A DNA stretch of 64,000 nt from Antedon mediterranea (lineage: Eukaryota; Animalia; Echinodermata). The notes below the pieces were generated by a model that worked only from the letters and a program-made list of their open reading frames with translations, was not told the origin of the DNA and searched no databases. The DNA is taken from NCBI RefSeq assembly GCF_964355755.1, contig NC_092680.1, positions 19,167,045 through 19,231,044 on the forward strand, in the 5' to 3' direction. Shown here piece after piece: positions 36,573 through 49,619 of this stretch (position 1 is its first letter; each line of letters begins with the position of its first letter). The translations under genes were made by a program, and so were the position numbers.

Positions 36573-37219
36573 TTTGAAGAGAACGGATCGTGCGCACGTA
36601 TGATAAATACCAACCTAAAATATTCCATACACGCACTAGGTTTTGTACTATTTCATTTCATTAATTATTCATAAAACGGTGAACGATAATTATTGTCGTA
36701 TAAAATAGTTCTATGTCTCCCGCGTCACAAATCGGTGACACCTCATTTTCGAGTTGATTGCTAAAATATTTACGACGGTATTTGCATTTCTCATAGGCCT
36801 AAGTCCTTTTTAATGATACATCATAACCTGGGATCTAATAGTTCTAAAAAAATCAGTTTATATACATTTTGCACTTTTACGTACAAACGTACGTTTATAG
36901 ACATGTTGCCGCCGGATTTGTGTGAAACTTATATCAAAAATCGTTTTTCGTATATCGCCCTCTACCAGAATGATACTTGTGCCCATTGACAAGGCTTCTC
37001 TGCCTGTCCGTCGACCACATGTTAGGTTCCAATCAATTTTAATTCATACTTTTCATAATTGTATTCATTACTTGGCAAACATGACTTGTACATATTTTGC
37101 CACGTATATTCCTATAATAAGTTTGTTGACGGGTAAAACGTCCACGATCGATTTTAAAGTTCACTGCTGCATTCTGCCAAGTAGTGCGCTCAGTACGAGC
37201 CCTTAATTTATGTCATTAT

Positions 37220-37530
37220 TATTACCTCCGCCAAGGAGGTTATATCTCCACCCCTGTATGTTGGTGTGTTTGTGTGTCTGTGAACAGCCTGGAGGCCACA
37301 GTTTTCATACGATTCTCACCAAATTTGGACACAATGATCTATGCCCCAAAAGCTTGGACAAGTTCGATTGTGAGGGGAAAAGGTCATAGGTCAAGGTCAC
37401 AACTAACAAAAAAACTATTTTACTGCCTAGAGACCACAGTTTTTATCCGATTCTCACCAAACTTAGCCACAATGATCAATGACTCATCATATAATTGTGT
37501 TTACATTTTGAAGGGTCAGGGTAAAAAAAA
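37220..37530 (+). mobile_element. Helentron/HINE-like non-autonomous element
   Basis: Starts TATTACCTCCGCCAAGGAGGTTAT, GTGT/GTCT-rich tract, duplicated ACAGTTTT..CGATTCTCACCAAA and AAGGTCA subrepeats. Confidence 0.55.
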
Positions 37531-37537
37531 CAAAAAC

Positions 37538-37602
37538 TCAACGGGACTTGAACCAGCGATCTCAACTGCGAGAGGCTGGATACATAACAATTACACCAAA
37601 CT
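37538..37602 (-). pseudogene. tRNA-derived fragment (SINE head or pseudo-tRNA)
   Basis: Minus strand TGGTGTAATTG (A-box-like) ... GCTGGTTCAAGTCCCG (B box); arms imperfect. Confidence 0.45.
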
Positions 37603-39647
37603 CTCATTCACAACTTTGTATTATGCAGTTAGCCTATATTTACACTTAGAACTAATTAAAAAAAATATGTATATAATTATAAATTTTCCGGGGACATTTT
37701 ATGTAGGGGAATTTTACAGTAGGCGGAGGTTTGTACTCTCGGAGTACCCTCTAGTTATGTATATTTTTGTAGTATGTGTAACAAAAGTAGAATTGTTTAA
37801 AGTGTCTACAGACAATACAATAATCACATGCTACTACAGCGAAAACGCCTAACTTTCTATGGAAAGTCAATCAGGATTGTTATCATAGGGAACAAGAAAG
37901 AAAAAAGGTGGTTACAAGTACAGTGTTTCTGAGGAAGAACAGTCGTACCTGCACGCGATATTTCTTTTTTTGTTCGAATAATCGCCGCGGCGGATAAACT
38001 AAACTTTGGCTAAGTTTCGAAACGGTGGGCCTAGCACAGTCACCATTTCATTCATGTCAGGAATATATGTTCGAATTAAATTTACATGTTATACACATTG
38101 ATCTGCGCATGTATATATATTCCCTCGTGTGCCGTACAGAAACGTTCTAAACAGTTTAATGCTACTGTAGTTCAATTTAAACTTTAATATTTAGAATATT
38201 ATAAGTCGCTCAGATACATTTCAGTCGGAAAGCCATCCCAATAAATAATTACTGTGGTCCAATCCGCACTACAATGATGTAATCCCCGCAATGTTGAGAC
38301 CTCATAGTGACGAGGCGTTTATTTAGTCATTAGCGTTTGCCCGAGAAAAATTACCAGCTTTACAATAACGCTCTTTGTTAATTTGGTTGTTGCAATGATT
38401 CATTCATTTCGTAATGAAACTTTAATTGTATAAACTAATATAAATCACCTTTTTATTACGCCAAAACTAGGAAATGATTGCGGAAAACACGATATGTGTA
38501 TAGATACGTTATTAGTATTCCTTTTTTCTAGTAATAAGATGTTATTGTCATCTTCACTTGTATTGGTGCGTCCAAATTATTATCAGCAAAAAAAAAACTA
38601 ATAAATGAAATAAGTACTTTTTTTATGTTGTATGTTATCCTACACCACATACCGTACATACATCATTGCAAGCCCCTCCAGGAAAATTTTCTCTCACAAA
38701 GCCAAACAATTTCTTTTGTCAAGATATGATTTATAAAATGTTGTTTATACCATCCTCAGCTTTTATATCACATGATCGTTTGTTCCTTTTTCTCTTTTTT
38801 CTTGCCCTGTCCTGTCTGTGTGTTTGTGTACGCTAATTAATTTGTAATTTTAGGGCTAACTCGCCACAAGGCCTTTTGATTAGTAGTTTTCTGTTTTTCA
38901 ACTGGCGTTACTTTTTGAGTTTTGCCCTCTTCCTTCATTTTACAATTTATATTGGATATTTGTTGTTTTTTTACTGCGGAAGAAAATAAATGTTAATTTG
39001 ACTGATTGATTGACTTCATAACTTATCCTGTTTGGTGAATAGTAAAAAAAATTGAAACTTTGTTTATGTTTAAATGGTATTGTTTATATTCTGAATACAA
39101 TTTATTGATATGATTTATGTTATATTGATATATCATTGGTAATATTCCAGTTATGGATACACACATAATTGAACGTTGCGAGAATGTACTATATAAAGTA
39201 GATTGACCTTATGCAGTGTGATGACAGATTAACCACAGTCATATAACATATTTATGATGTATAATTAAGTGATGACGTCATCTATTTTGTTTTTATAGCG
39301 TGCCACTTGCACGACAGAGAAAATACTTTACATGTTTATAAACCAAGATATGTATTGATTCCAAATACTAATAACGCAATATGGTCCACAAAATACAAAA
39401 ACACTTTATTTGTCTTCGTTAAAAACAAAGAAATGTCGATTGTCAGCAAATCCGATTAAAAGATACATTTAAAAGCAATATTTCCATTAATATTTTTATT
39501 TTATAAATGTTATTTCAAACAGTTTTATGTTAGTAATCCATCACCTTTATGTCAATGTCCGTCATCTTTAGATTTGCTGGAACAATGCTGTTGTTAATTT
39601 TTGATAAATTCTGACTCAGAAGTCCATGTTCTGAATACAAGGCATTC

Positions 39648-40060
39648 CTGTCGGGATTTTTCTGATCCAAAAGTCATGATTTTGTTTTTCTTTATTCAGA
39701 AAAGTCGGGATTTTTCTGATCTAGAAGTCGGGATTTTTCTCATCTAGAAGTCTGGTTCTGATCTAGAAGTCGGGATTTTTCTGATTTAGAAGTCGGGATT
39801 TTTCTAATCTAGAAATCGGGTTTTGATCTAGAAGTCAGGATTTTCTGATCTAGAAGTCAGGATTTTCTGATCTAGAAGTCGGGGTTTTTCTGATCTTGAA
39901 GTCGGGATTTTTCTGATCTAGATGTCTGGTTCTGATCTAGTAGTCGGGATTTTTTTGATATAGATGTTGGGTTCTGACCTAATAGTAATAGTCGGGAATT
40001 TTCTGATCTTGAAGTCGGGATTTTCTTATCTAGAAACCAGGGTTTTTTTTCCTGATCTAA
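39648..40060. repeat. 19/23-bp minisatellite (TCTGATCTAGAAGTCGGGATTTT) between the divergent MMP-A and MMP-B starts
   Basis: Roughly 18 degenerate units in long (23-bp) and short (19-bp) variants; ends ~365 bp upstream of the MMP-B ATG. Confidence 0.9.
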
Positions 40061-40424
40061 AATTTTTCTCACGGCAATCCGCTGCCAATATTCTATAAAA
40101 TAAATGGCCAAAATTTGTAATTTATGTTTGCAACGATATTATTCAAAGTTCATCAGTTAGCCAATAAAACGAAATTTAATACTTAAATTGAGCTACTTAT
40201 CTTGGAAATGTAATAATTTTGTGTGTCATTATGCTGATTTATGCAGTGTCTCGAATCTATCATTATGAATTTAAAATGACCGTTAACAATGTGTTATATA
40301 ATGAAACAGTCCTTACTTAATATCACACCAAATTTATTCTTCATAAGAACATTATCTTATTGGGCCTATCTAGCATTTTTTTTCTTAATTTTAAAACTGA
40401 TTCCAAAATATCAAAAAAGACGAA

Positions 40425-43400
40425 ATGCATCTATGTGTTTTGCTGATATGTGTTTTAGGAAGCTCGGTTACCGTAGCAGAGTCGCCTGACAATGAAGCTG
40501 CATATGCATTGGTGAGTTGAAATGATGTTTGCATGTAAACATTTCCATTCGTTAAGTTTGCACTTGTATTTTGAATATACAGTTAAGTGTAAATACCAAA
40601 CGATTTAGCATGCTTTTTAAACTGACGCTTAGGAGGATTTAAAGGGGAAAACTCCGCCGCCCTGTTTAATGGCAAAAGGGTGAGAAAAGTATTTTCTTCC
40701 AGCATCTTGGATTTATGCAAAGCATTCATGTCGGACTAAACCTACCGTACATGCTTCATAAAGTGTATACTGATACTGTAGATAAATGAAGAATACAGGA
40801 CTAGTGTAGGCCTAATGTGCACTCTATACCAACTGCTATGTATTATGTTAAAGTATGTAACACACACACACATACGAATAACAAGTCAGTTGAAGGTAAT
40901 CACCTTTTGTTTACATCCGGCTCATAAACCGTAGGCCTAGATGGTTTGTTTCGAGTTTGATGGTACAGCTTATTCCATATTATAGTGGGGAACATAATGT
41001 TCCAAATATCAATTCCGTGAGATTGTAATGCTCAAGTTGAGTTCTTGGCAGTTTTGGAATCCTTAGGACAAGCAAAATTCATTGCAACTGGGGCCAATTT
41101 TTCCCGACCCTATTGTGGCCGCCATCTTGGATTTAAAAATGGCCCCACATTTTTTACTCAAAACTGATAGTAGCTCCTATCTTAAACCACGTACGAACGA
41201 AAATAATTGTTTTTCTTCTTTCCTTACTATTATATATAAAAATACAATGATAGGAGTGAGATATAGATGTATTGAATGTTATTCAATGGCAGTTGTATTA
41301 TAATATTACATTAATCAAGTGCAATGCATTGTGAACAAACATTTTATTGATGAAGAAATAAAAGTGGGTCGAACCTACATAAGACAAAAAAAAAATATTA
41401 TGATAAATCAGTCCAATGGTACAATTTATAATAATAGCATATGGCAGCCATAATTTGATTATACATAAATGCATACATTATATACGTTTTTAATGGCGGC
41501 CATCTTGGAATCCAATATGGTTGACATATGCTATTATTATAAATTGTACTATTGGACTATATAAATATTGTACTAAATAAATATAATATTATAAAATTAT
41601 ATGTATTATACAAACATTGTGATGGTATTGACACCGATATCAGACCTTCTGTTCTTTTAGACCATCAAGCTATTTTGTTGAAAATTATAAATAGTCATGA
41701 AAAAAATGACTTGGAAATTCAACAATATTTTTTTTGGAGAATAAAGATTTTGTTATTTGTTCGCAATACTCTTTTGTTTGAACTTGATACTAATGTGTAC
41801 AGCCCTGATAACCATTGTTCTTATGCTAATGTATGGAACACTCATTGTAAGAAACCCTATAATGATTCGTATGTATTTACGTAACCGTAACTGTATTCTG
41901 AACGATCTCCTAATTTAAATAACTATTCATAAATATATATAAATTGAAAGCAAACTTGAAAATGATGTTTCTGCGTAATTCATAATCCTTGTTTTTAACC
42001 CAAAGGAGTGTAGTCTCCTGTCCTAATAAACGTAGCGTTGGCTCCGTAATTCACAATCCTTGTTTTTAACCCAAAAGAGTGTGGTTTCCTGTCCTATTAA
42101 CGTAGCGTTGGCTCCGTAATTCACAATCCTTGTTTTTAAACCAAAAGAGTGTGGTCTCCTGTCCTATTAACGTAGCGTTGGCTCCGTAATTCATAATCCT
42201 TGTTTTAAACCCAAAAGAGTGTAGTCTCCTGTCCTATTAACGTAGCGTTGGCTCCGTAATTCATCCTTGTTTTTAACCCAAAAGAGTGTGGTCTCCTGTC
42301 CTGTTTGTCCTATTAACTTAGCGTTGGCTCCGTTACACTCATGGTGTAGAGGACTTTACACAAACCTACAACATGGTTTTGCTAATTGGAATGTTAATGC
42401 ATTTAATAATGTTAAAACGCTATGGGATTCCTGGAAATGTATTGTAATTTCTGCAGCTAAGCATGGTATCGGTATACAGAAACAAAGTGAGAAACACAAA
42501 AATTGGTTTGATAATGATATTAAACAAGCAATTACAGAACGAGAGAAGCTGTCAGAATTCATAGGAAATTTGTTACATTAAACCCTAATGATGCTCACAC
42601 ACGTATCTTATGGTATGTTCATGTAAAAAACCTGATTTAAAAAAAATCACTGAAGCTAAAAAAGGTGAACCCTCTTCTAAAGATATTTGGGAAATCCTTA
42701 AAGGCTCAAATGACAAAAAAAGTAAATCTGGTATTAATTGTATTAGACTCCCACAAGATTGTAATGAAACTACATGTGATAAAGAAGAATTTCTTAATAT
42801 ACTGTTAACAATTATTGGGATAATGGGTAGAGAATCAACAAGGTCACGATTGTTTTTTTGTACTTGACAAAGCGGGCAGTTAGTGAAATGCACTCTATAG
42901 ATGACACAGACATTGATGATAATATACTATCTAATAATAATTTTAACCTCGAAATAATTAGAGAAGCACTATCAAATGCCAAAAATAACAAAGCCCCGGG
43001 ATAGATGGTATAATAAATGAACTCCTTAAAAATGGGGATGTCGCTTTAGAAACATCCCTCCTTGTCCTATTCAACAAAATTGTTGAAAAGAAAAGAAATG
43101 ATACCAAGTGAGTGGAACTTAAGTATCATTATATAAAATAGAAGAAAATAATTGTTTTTCTTCTTTCCTTACTATTATATATAAAATACAATGATAGGAG
43201 TGAGATATAAGATGTATTGAAAGTTATTCAATGGCAGTTGTATTATAATATTACATTAATCAAGTGCAATGCATTGTGAACGAACATTTTATTGATGAAG
43301 AAATAAAAGTGGGTCGAACCTACATAAGACAAAAAAAAATATTATGATAAATCAGTCCAATGGTACAATTTATAATAATAGCATATGGCAGCCATAATTT

Positions 43401-46400
43401 GATGATTAAATACATAAATGCATACATTATATACATTTTAAATGTCAACCATATTGGAATCCAATATGGTTGTCATATGCTATTATAAATTGTACCATTG
43501 GACTGATTTATCATAATATTGTAAGATTTGTCACACAAATTATGTTCGTACGTGCTTTTAAATAGGAGCTACTGTCAAGTTTTGAGTAAAAAATGGGGGC
43601 CATTTTAAATCCAAGATGGCGGCCAAAATAGGGTCGGGAAAAATTGGCCCCCAGTTGCAATGAATTCTACTAGTCCTAAGGATTCCAAAACTGCTAAGAA
43701 CTCAACTTGAGCATTAAAATCTCATTAGGTTTCCCACTATTAGCGGTGTGTGTGGAATTTTGTTCGTCTCAATGTGAGTGTTTGTAGTAATGTATGCAAC
43801 AATAATTAGATTTAAACTTAAAGATTCAATGATTAAAAGCACAAAAAAAAAAGATAAAGTTGAAAATGAATGACGATTAAATTGTAGCGGTGATTTCGTT
43901 TCAACCTGATGCCCAAGCTTATCTTACATTATATTGTTAACAATATACGCCTATCGTATAATAAATAAACAAAAATCATATAGAACGTGTAAAAAAGAGA
44001 TACACAAAATACAGTACATTAGTGTATAAATTATCAGTAAACTAATCAAGAAGGCCTGTTTTAATAAAGCTTGGTTCCCACTAGAACGTAACGCAAGGAC
44101 GTAAACGCAACGTAAAGCTTGGTTCCCACTAGAACGTAACGCAAGGACGTAAACGCAACGCAAACGTTTTAACCAATGACAAGCGAAGTTATAGACAGTT
44201 AGCAATCACAAGCGAATAAGCCATCGCTTGTGATTGGTCAATTCACTTGCGTTGCGTTACGTCAAATTCAAATTCAAATTCAAATATTCTTTATTCATCC
44301 TCTATCATGAAAATATACAACAACAATATATGAGAACATAAAAAAGATGAAAAGGAAACACATAAAAACTCAAAAGAGCTTGATTAGTTGTGTCCCCCTA
44401 TGTCCCTAACTAGCCTAAAAAAACTAAAACATAAATAATAAAAAAGCTAAATCCTGCAACAAGTATGATTTTTAAAATCATTTGTAAAATGATAATAAAT
44501 GTTCTTTAAACAATGATTTAAATATATATATATGTCCTTGCGTTGCGTCGCTAGTGGGAACCACGCTTTAAGCCTCTAGCATTCTCCTGTGACCGACAGT
44601 AAACTTTCAGGTGAACATTAAAACATCTGATAATTTAATACTAATATATTCAATTCAACCTGATCAACTTTGTACTTTGTAAATAAGTTATCATGAGTAC
44701 GGTAGAAAGCATTGACATTGATGACTAATAATGTGAATATAATGTTAACCATGAGAACACTATAATATGATTTCACAGTGTATTAAAGATGTATTGTCCC
44801 TCTACAAAAATAATATTTTAACATTTTGTTTTTAATATGCCATTTTAATGTCACATAATAGTTATCCACTTTGAGCAAAAATTAAATAAAAAAAAAAAGA
44901 TTTACCTAAAAAAATTGTAATTTAAAGTGAAAATAGTCAAATAGGGTGGCAGACAATGGGTTTTTGGTTCAATTTAACCGTTTATTTTGTAATTTTATAA
45001 CTGAAAACATTATTTTTTCGGGGTTTTTTTTTCTACGGAAGTGATTAACTACAAAACGGCCAATTCAAAGTCTGATTTCATAGTCATTACATTGTGTGCA
45101 GAATTTGTCAGCCTTTGGCTGAATTCTGTTTGTACAGTTTTATATATTATAAATATTATTATTTCTTTAAAGATTAAAATGTTTAACTCCCTTTAAGTAA
45201 TACTAAAATACAAAATATTTCTCCACACACAATGTAGTCTGTATAATATATTATACAGTATGAACAATAATTAATATTTAAACCATTATTCCATAATTCG
45301 GACTCCCGTCTATAAGGAAACGTTTTTTTAAAATAAGAAAATAATGAAGATTGTAATAGTTTGTTTTTTGTGTGAATGACATAAACCAATTGGTTGCTTT
45401 ATCGCGTGCATTCTATAATTTGTATTTTACTAAAACCAGTCAGGAGGGAAATGGCAAAAGGATTTCTACTTTCTTGAAGTTTTATGTGGTTAAGTTATCA
45501 AATAGTCTGTATTTTGACAACTCTTAACTCACTTTGTAACATGGGCACATCCATTTCCCCCCTAACTGATACCATTCACTCCACAATATGACCGTCAACA
45601 ATGTTTTTCTTAAAGAAATACCTTAACACCTATGGCTATGGTAACACTTTAAGTAAACGTAATGGAGAGAAACCGAGCATTGGCGACTTGTCTGGTTCCA
45701 TATCACAACTTCAGAAGTTTGCCGGTCTTGATGACACCAATGGACAGTTGACTCCTGAGACGTTGAAGTTAATGAGAGCTCCTCGTTGCGGTGTACCCGA
45801 TCCTGTCGGCGACTCGAATGGAGCACTTTTAGAAACACGAGTGAAACGGTTTGCAAAAATGGGTTCACGATGGAAACACAATGATATAACTTACACGTGA
45901 GTATTACTATAACCACTGTATATTAATGTTTAATGAAAAATTTTATTCAACGGTAAACGATTCACGGCGCAGGAAAACAAATGAATGTGTCCATAAAAAA
46001 TGCCTTGACCTGAACCTGTAGGCCTATGGTCAAAATAACTTCGGCCTAATTGTATACCTACTTTAAATATTATAATATGATTTTAATATAGAGAAAAGTG
46101 TTCTATCACTTGCTTAGTTGTGTTCGGAATAGGCAAACTTATTAAATTTAGGGATACAGGTTGTATGGCCTATAAAATATATAATCAAAAACACCTCTTT
46201 AGGGGATAGTTGAACAGCAGTACTCTGGTTCAAGTTCTGTCTTAAATCCATGTATAGACTTGTCAGAAACTTCATACTTCCAATTGTCATCTTCTGAAAA
46301 AATAATAATACCAGTTTTGTTTATGATATCTCGTAGAATGATTAGCTACACATCCGATTTGAGCAAAAAAACTGTGGACAAAATTATCAAAAAAGCTTTT

Positions 46401-49400
46401 AATATGTGGTCAGCCGTGACACCATTGACGTTTACGCTCGTGGATAACACTGATGCAGACATCAGGATAAGTTTTGCAAAGTATAAGCATCAAGACCAAT
46501 GGGAGTTTGACGGGAAAGGTGGAACGCTTGCGCATGCATTTGGACCAGGTAGTAATACCCATGGTATAAATGGGGACCTAGATTTTGATGATTCTGAAAC
46601 ATTTACGGACAAAGGTTATTCGGGTAAGACATTCTTCTTTTATTTAAAATGTTGGTGGAATTTGTTTTTTTTTCTTCAAATTTTCTCTGTGTCGAAATCT
46701 TGATGAATCTTAAACTTGCCAAAATTCCACGTAAAAATGTATTTATATCAATACAAACACTACAATATTTTGGGAAGGTTTCAGTTTACATTTTATAACT
46801 ATCCGCCATTTTGTTTGTTCGTTATAAAAATGGTTGTTATTGCACCCCAGAATTACTGAGAAGAAACAGAAAAGTACACTATCATACTAGTTTGACAAAA
46901 AAGTGTGATGTGCCCAATTATGGTAGTGATATGCTTAAGTATGGTAGTGATATGACAGCATCATGTCCATATATGGGCACATCACATATTTTTTGGTCAC
47001 ATAAAGTTTGATAGTGTAGATAGAGCATTAATTTCTCAATTTGCCTGTCATTCTTTATTTTTCAGGAACCGATCTTTTATTCACTGCTGTTCATGAATTA
47101 GGACATTCTCTGGGTTTATCTCATTCTGAGGTTGTAGGTGCCATCATGTATCCCTGGTACCCTGGTTACATTAAAAACCTTCAACTACATCCAGACGATA
47201 TTGCTGGTATTCAGGCCATATATGGTAATTCTCATCATTTTATGTATGTTTGCGTTTATATTATAATTGTGAAAAATACTTTTTTGTTTATGGTTTAATT
47301 ATTTTATGTCTTTAGGGAATAGTAAAAAATCACTGTCCTATTCGATCGGTGGTAACTCCCTACTCGTCTCGATGATAAACTGTTTTTTTTTAAATGCACA
47401 CTGGTTATTTTAACTCACCGGACCTACGGTTTATAGTCCTTATCCGAGAAGACTTGTTCCACCACAAGAACTGGAAGTGAGTCGGCCTCGAACACTATGC
47501 CATATTGTTGGCTCTGTAGGTACGGTAAACGGCGCCCCTCCCTTAACCACCCAGCCATTTGACTCAATAAATTATACAGAATACCAATTATAAGCACTAT
47601 ATTTAAATGAAGTAAACTAATATCTATACATTACGCATTTATTCATTACTGTAAATACATCATCATAAACCTTCTTGTCTCGTGATTTGCCTAGCAAAAA
47701 GTAGGACGTTAATTACGTTATGTAAAGCATAAACTGAGAATCGAACGTTGTCAAAATGTAATAATATTGTCCAAGAAATTATTAAAATTTTTCCAATAAG
47801 ACTATAATAATAATGTATATTATATGTGTTGTGTATGACAATGAAAATCTAATAAAAAGGTAAAATTATGTTGAACCGTTAGCTTATAGAATTAATTAAT
47901 GAAGAAACAAAAATAGATAATTTCACCGAGAACCATATTTTGACAATGTATTAGGCATAGTACATATGATTTCAGAACAATTGCGAGATTTAAAATATCG
48001 CCGCGCGCCCTTTCCGTACAGCCGTCGTCGTAAATTGCTATGGCGTTAAGTGTTTGCACTCTATGGACCGCAGTATTAAGAACATCGATAGATATCGATC
48101 TATACTTGCTTTTTATATCAGGTACACCAGAAAACCCCAAAACTGTACCGCCACCCACTATGGCTGCTCCTGACTGGACGCCTGCACCAACATGGAGTAG
48201 TGAAGACGAGGCGAATTTTCCATGGCCCAATGATCCGCAGTGTAATGTTCCATTCGGCGCCGCAGCCAATATAAACAATGAAATTTACGGATTTGAGGTA
48301 ATTTCTAGATTAAAATATTATTAATCTTTTAATCTAATGTGATGTAACTGTTTTAATTTTTTACACACCTATGTGCAATTTGATTGTTTACCTTACGGAA
48401 ATGTGATATTTAAATGGTGATATTTAATGATACTATTGCACGTTTTTAACAATTCATAGGCGGGTCTGTATGCTGGCCGTTCGGAACCCAACCTACAACG
48501 TATCGGCGGGTACTCCGTCTAAATTGTGTTTCCCACTATCCACTATTGAAATTACCACTGTTATTATTATTGTTATTGTGTGAATAGATGTGTTATTTTA
48601 TGATTTGAATCTATCTATCAACTAATATTGATAAAATTATGTTAAACTGGTTTTTTTTAAGAGGAATAACTTTTGGCGATACTTTTTGGAAGATGATAAA
48701 TTCGATTTTATGATGTCTGCTGCTACCAAAGCCATGTATAGAGTCGCTCCAGCTGACATAGATGCTGCATATTATTACGACAAAACAAACACTATGCGTT
48801 TATTCAAAGGTATTTTTGTCCACATGATTAAACCATGAATGTGATGGTTGGCTAGAATGTCGGAAGATGGTGTGGGTCTTCTAGTGAAATTATTAAAATG
48901 TATTTTTGTAGAACGATTAATATTTTATATGGTATACACAATGTTATATATGACCGTGGATTCATCACTGTGTTTTCTTGATTGTTATAAATGTTATAGA
49001 TGGTTCGTTTTGGGATTTACAAAGAGGTACGAAAATAAACAATCCACAGCTGATCTCCAACTTGGGAAAGAGAATGCCGCCTAAAGTAGATGCAGCTTTC
49101 TATTCCAGTACCGAGAACAAGGCGTACTTATTCCTCGATGACAGTGTATGGCGATATGACGAAATGATTAGAAAGGTAGACAACGGATATCCGAAGCCCA
49201 TATCGGTAGAATTCCCGGGTATAGGTTCCAAGGTCGATATGGCCTTTCGTGGTGAACAAGGTAAGTTTTACATTTCCGCACGTTCGTTCATACTTTTATT
49301 TATTTTATTTATGTCCTGGACCACGAATAATAGCATGCCGTTGTTGCCTTAATTAATAACAAAACACAGCATTTGTGTCAATTTCTTATTTATTTTTACG

Positions 49401-49619
49401 ATTACATGATGAAGAATGTTAAAAACACGTACCAATACAATGTCAGCATTACAATTACGTCATATTGCCATTTGATTATTTTTATACATATATTTTTTTC
49501 TAGATTCAGTTTACTTTGTGACAAATCGGGTTTTAAGACAGGTTGATTTGGTCCACCGTAGAGTAACGAAAGAGCCTATATTCTTGGCTGAAGCTTTTCT
49601 TCCTTGCACACGATCCTAA
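40425..49619 (+). CDS. Secreted, furin-activatable matrix metalloproteinase MMP-B (M10A), ~504 aa, 8 exons
   Basis: Exons 40425-40511 (MHLCVLLICVLGSSVTVA signal), 45616-45896, 46337-46623, 47066-47224, 48122-48297, 48662-48809, 49000-49260, 49504-49619; 1515 nt in frame. PRCGVPD, RVKR, HELGHSLGLSH, AIMYPWY, Pro-rich hinge, hemopexin repeats, terminal Cys. Confidence 0.93.
41974..42333. repeat. 70-bp minisatellite, 5 units
   Basis: Unit CGTAATTCACAATCCTTGTTTTTAACCCAAAAGAGTGTGGTCTCCTGTCCTATTAACGTAGCGTTGGCTC starting at 41974, 42045, 42115, 42185, 42255. Confidence 0.95.
42340..43130 (+). mobile_element. LINE ORF2 fragment (EN-RT linker and start of RT)
   Basis: WDSWKCIVISAAK..KNWFDNDIK, then frameshifted ALSNAKNNKAPG..GIINELLKNG..LFNKI..IPSEWN. 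Confidence 0.75.
44068..44567. mobile_element. Family-2 MITE with a duplicated 5' arm and an inserted LINE 3' tail (minus, ~44263-44533)
   Basis: TIRs AGCTTGGTTCCCACTAG / CTAGTGGGAACCACGCT. Insert reads AATAAAGAATA(TTTGAA)n on the minus strand. Confidence 0.7.
44783..45078. mobile_element. MITE family 3 (Kolobok-like), 3'-truncated
   Basis: TTAA-AGATGTATTGTCCC start; body homologous to 7556-7861 and 50711-51027. Confidence 0.65.
46875..47026. mobile_element. Family-1 MITE (inverted) in MMP-B intron 3
   Basis: TGTGATGTGCCC..GGTAGTGATAT..AAAGTTTGATAGTGTAGATAGAGC. Confidence 0.75.
47340..47565 (-). mobile_element. tRNA-headed SINE with Deu/Nin-type core (MMP-B intron 4)
   Basis: Minus strand A box TGGCTGGGTGG, B box GTTCGAGGCC, then GTCTTCTCGGATAAGGACTATAAACCGTAGGTCC. 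Confidence 0.65.

Larger units (their letters stand above)
40983..43739. mobile_element. Composite foldback DNA transposon (~200-bp TIRs, TTA flanks) carrying LINE fragments and a minisatellite, in MMP-B intron 1
   Basis: 40983-41198 is mirrored at 43543-43739 (CTCAAGTTGAGTTCTT, GGCCGCCATCTTGGATTTAAAA). TTA at 40980-40982 and 43740-43742. Internal direct repeat 41199-41558 / 43144-43504. Confidence 0.8.

Noticed and set aside
37184-37852. 222-aa ORF, the longest in the track
   Set aside because: Runs through a Helentron-like repeat and a tRNA-derived fragment; no protein-like motifs.
39872-40111. Repetitive 79-aa ORF
   Set aside because: Translation of the minisatellite.
41974-42333. 70-bp periodic array as a CRISPR array
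   Set aside because: Whole units are near-identical with no unique spacers, no cas genes, and the context is a eukaryotic intron.
45484-45615. Alternative signal-peptide start of MMP-B (MWLSYQIVCILTTL...), in frame with exon 2
   Set aside because: In-frame TGA at 45589-45591; a better exon 1 with signal peptide and GTGAGT donor exists at 40425-40511.
47892-48278. 128-aa minus-strand ORF (also 45623-45916, 34020-34220, 28831-29082)
   Set aside because: Antisense shadows of MMP exons.
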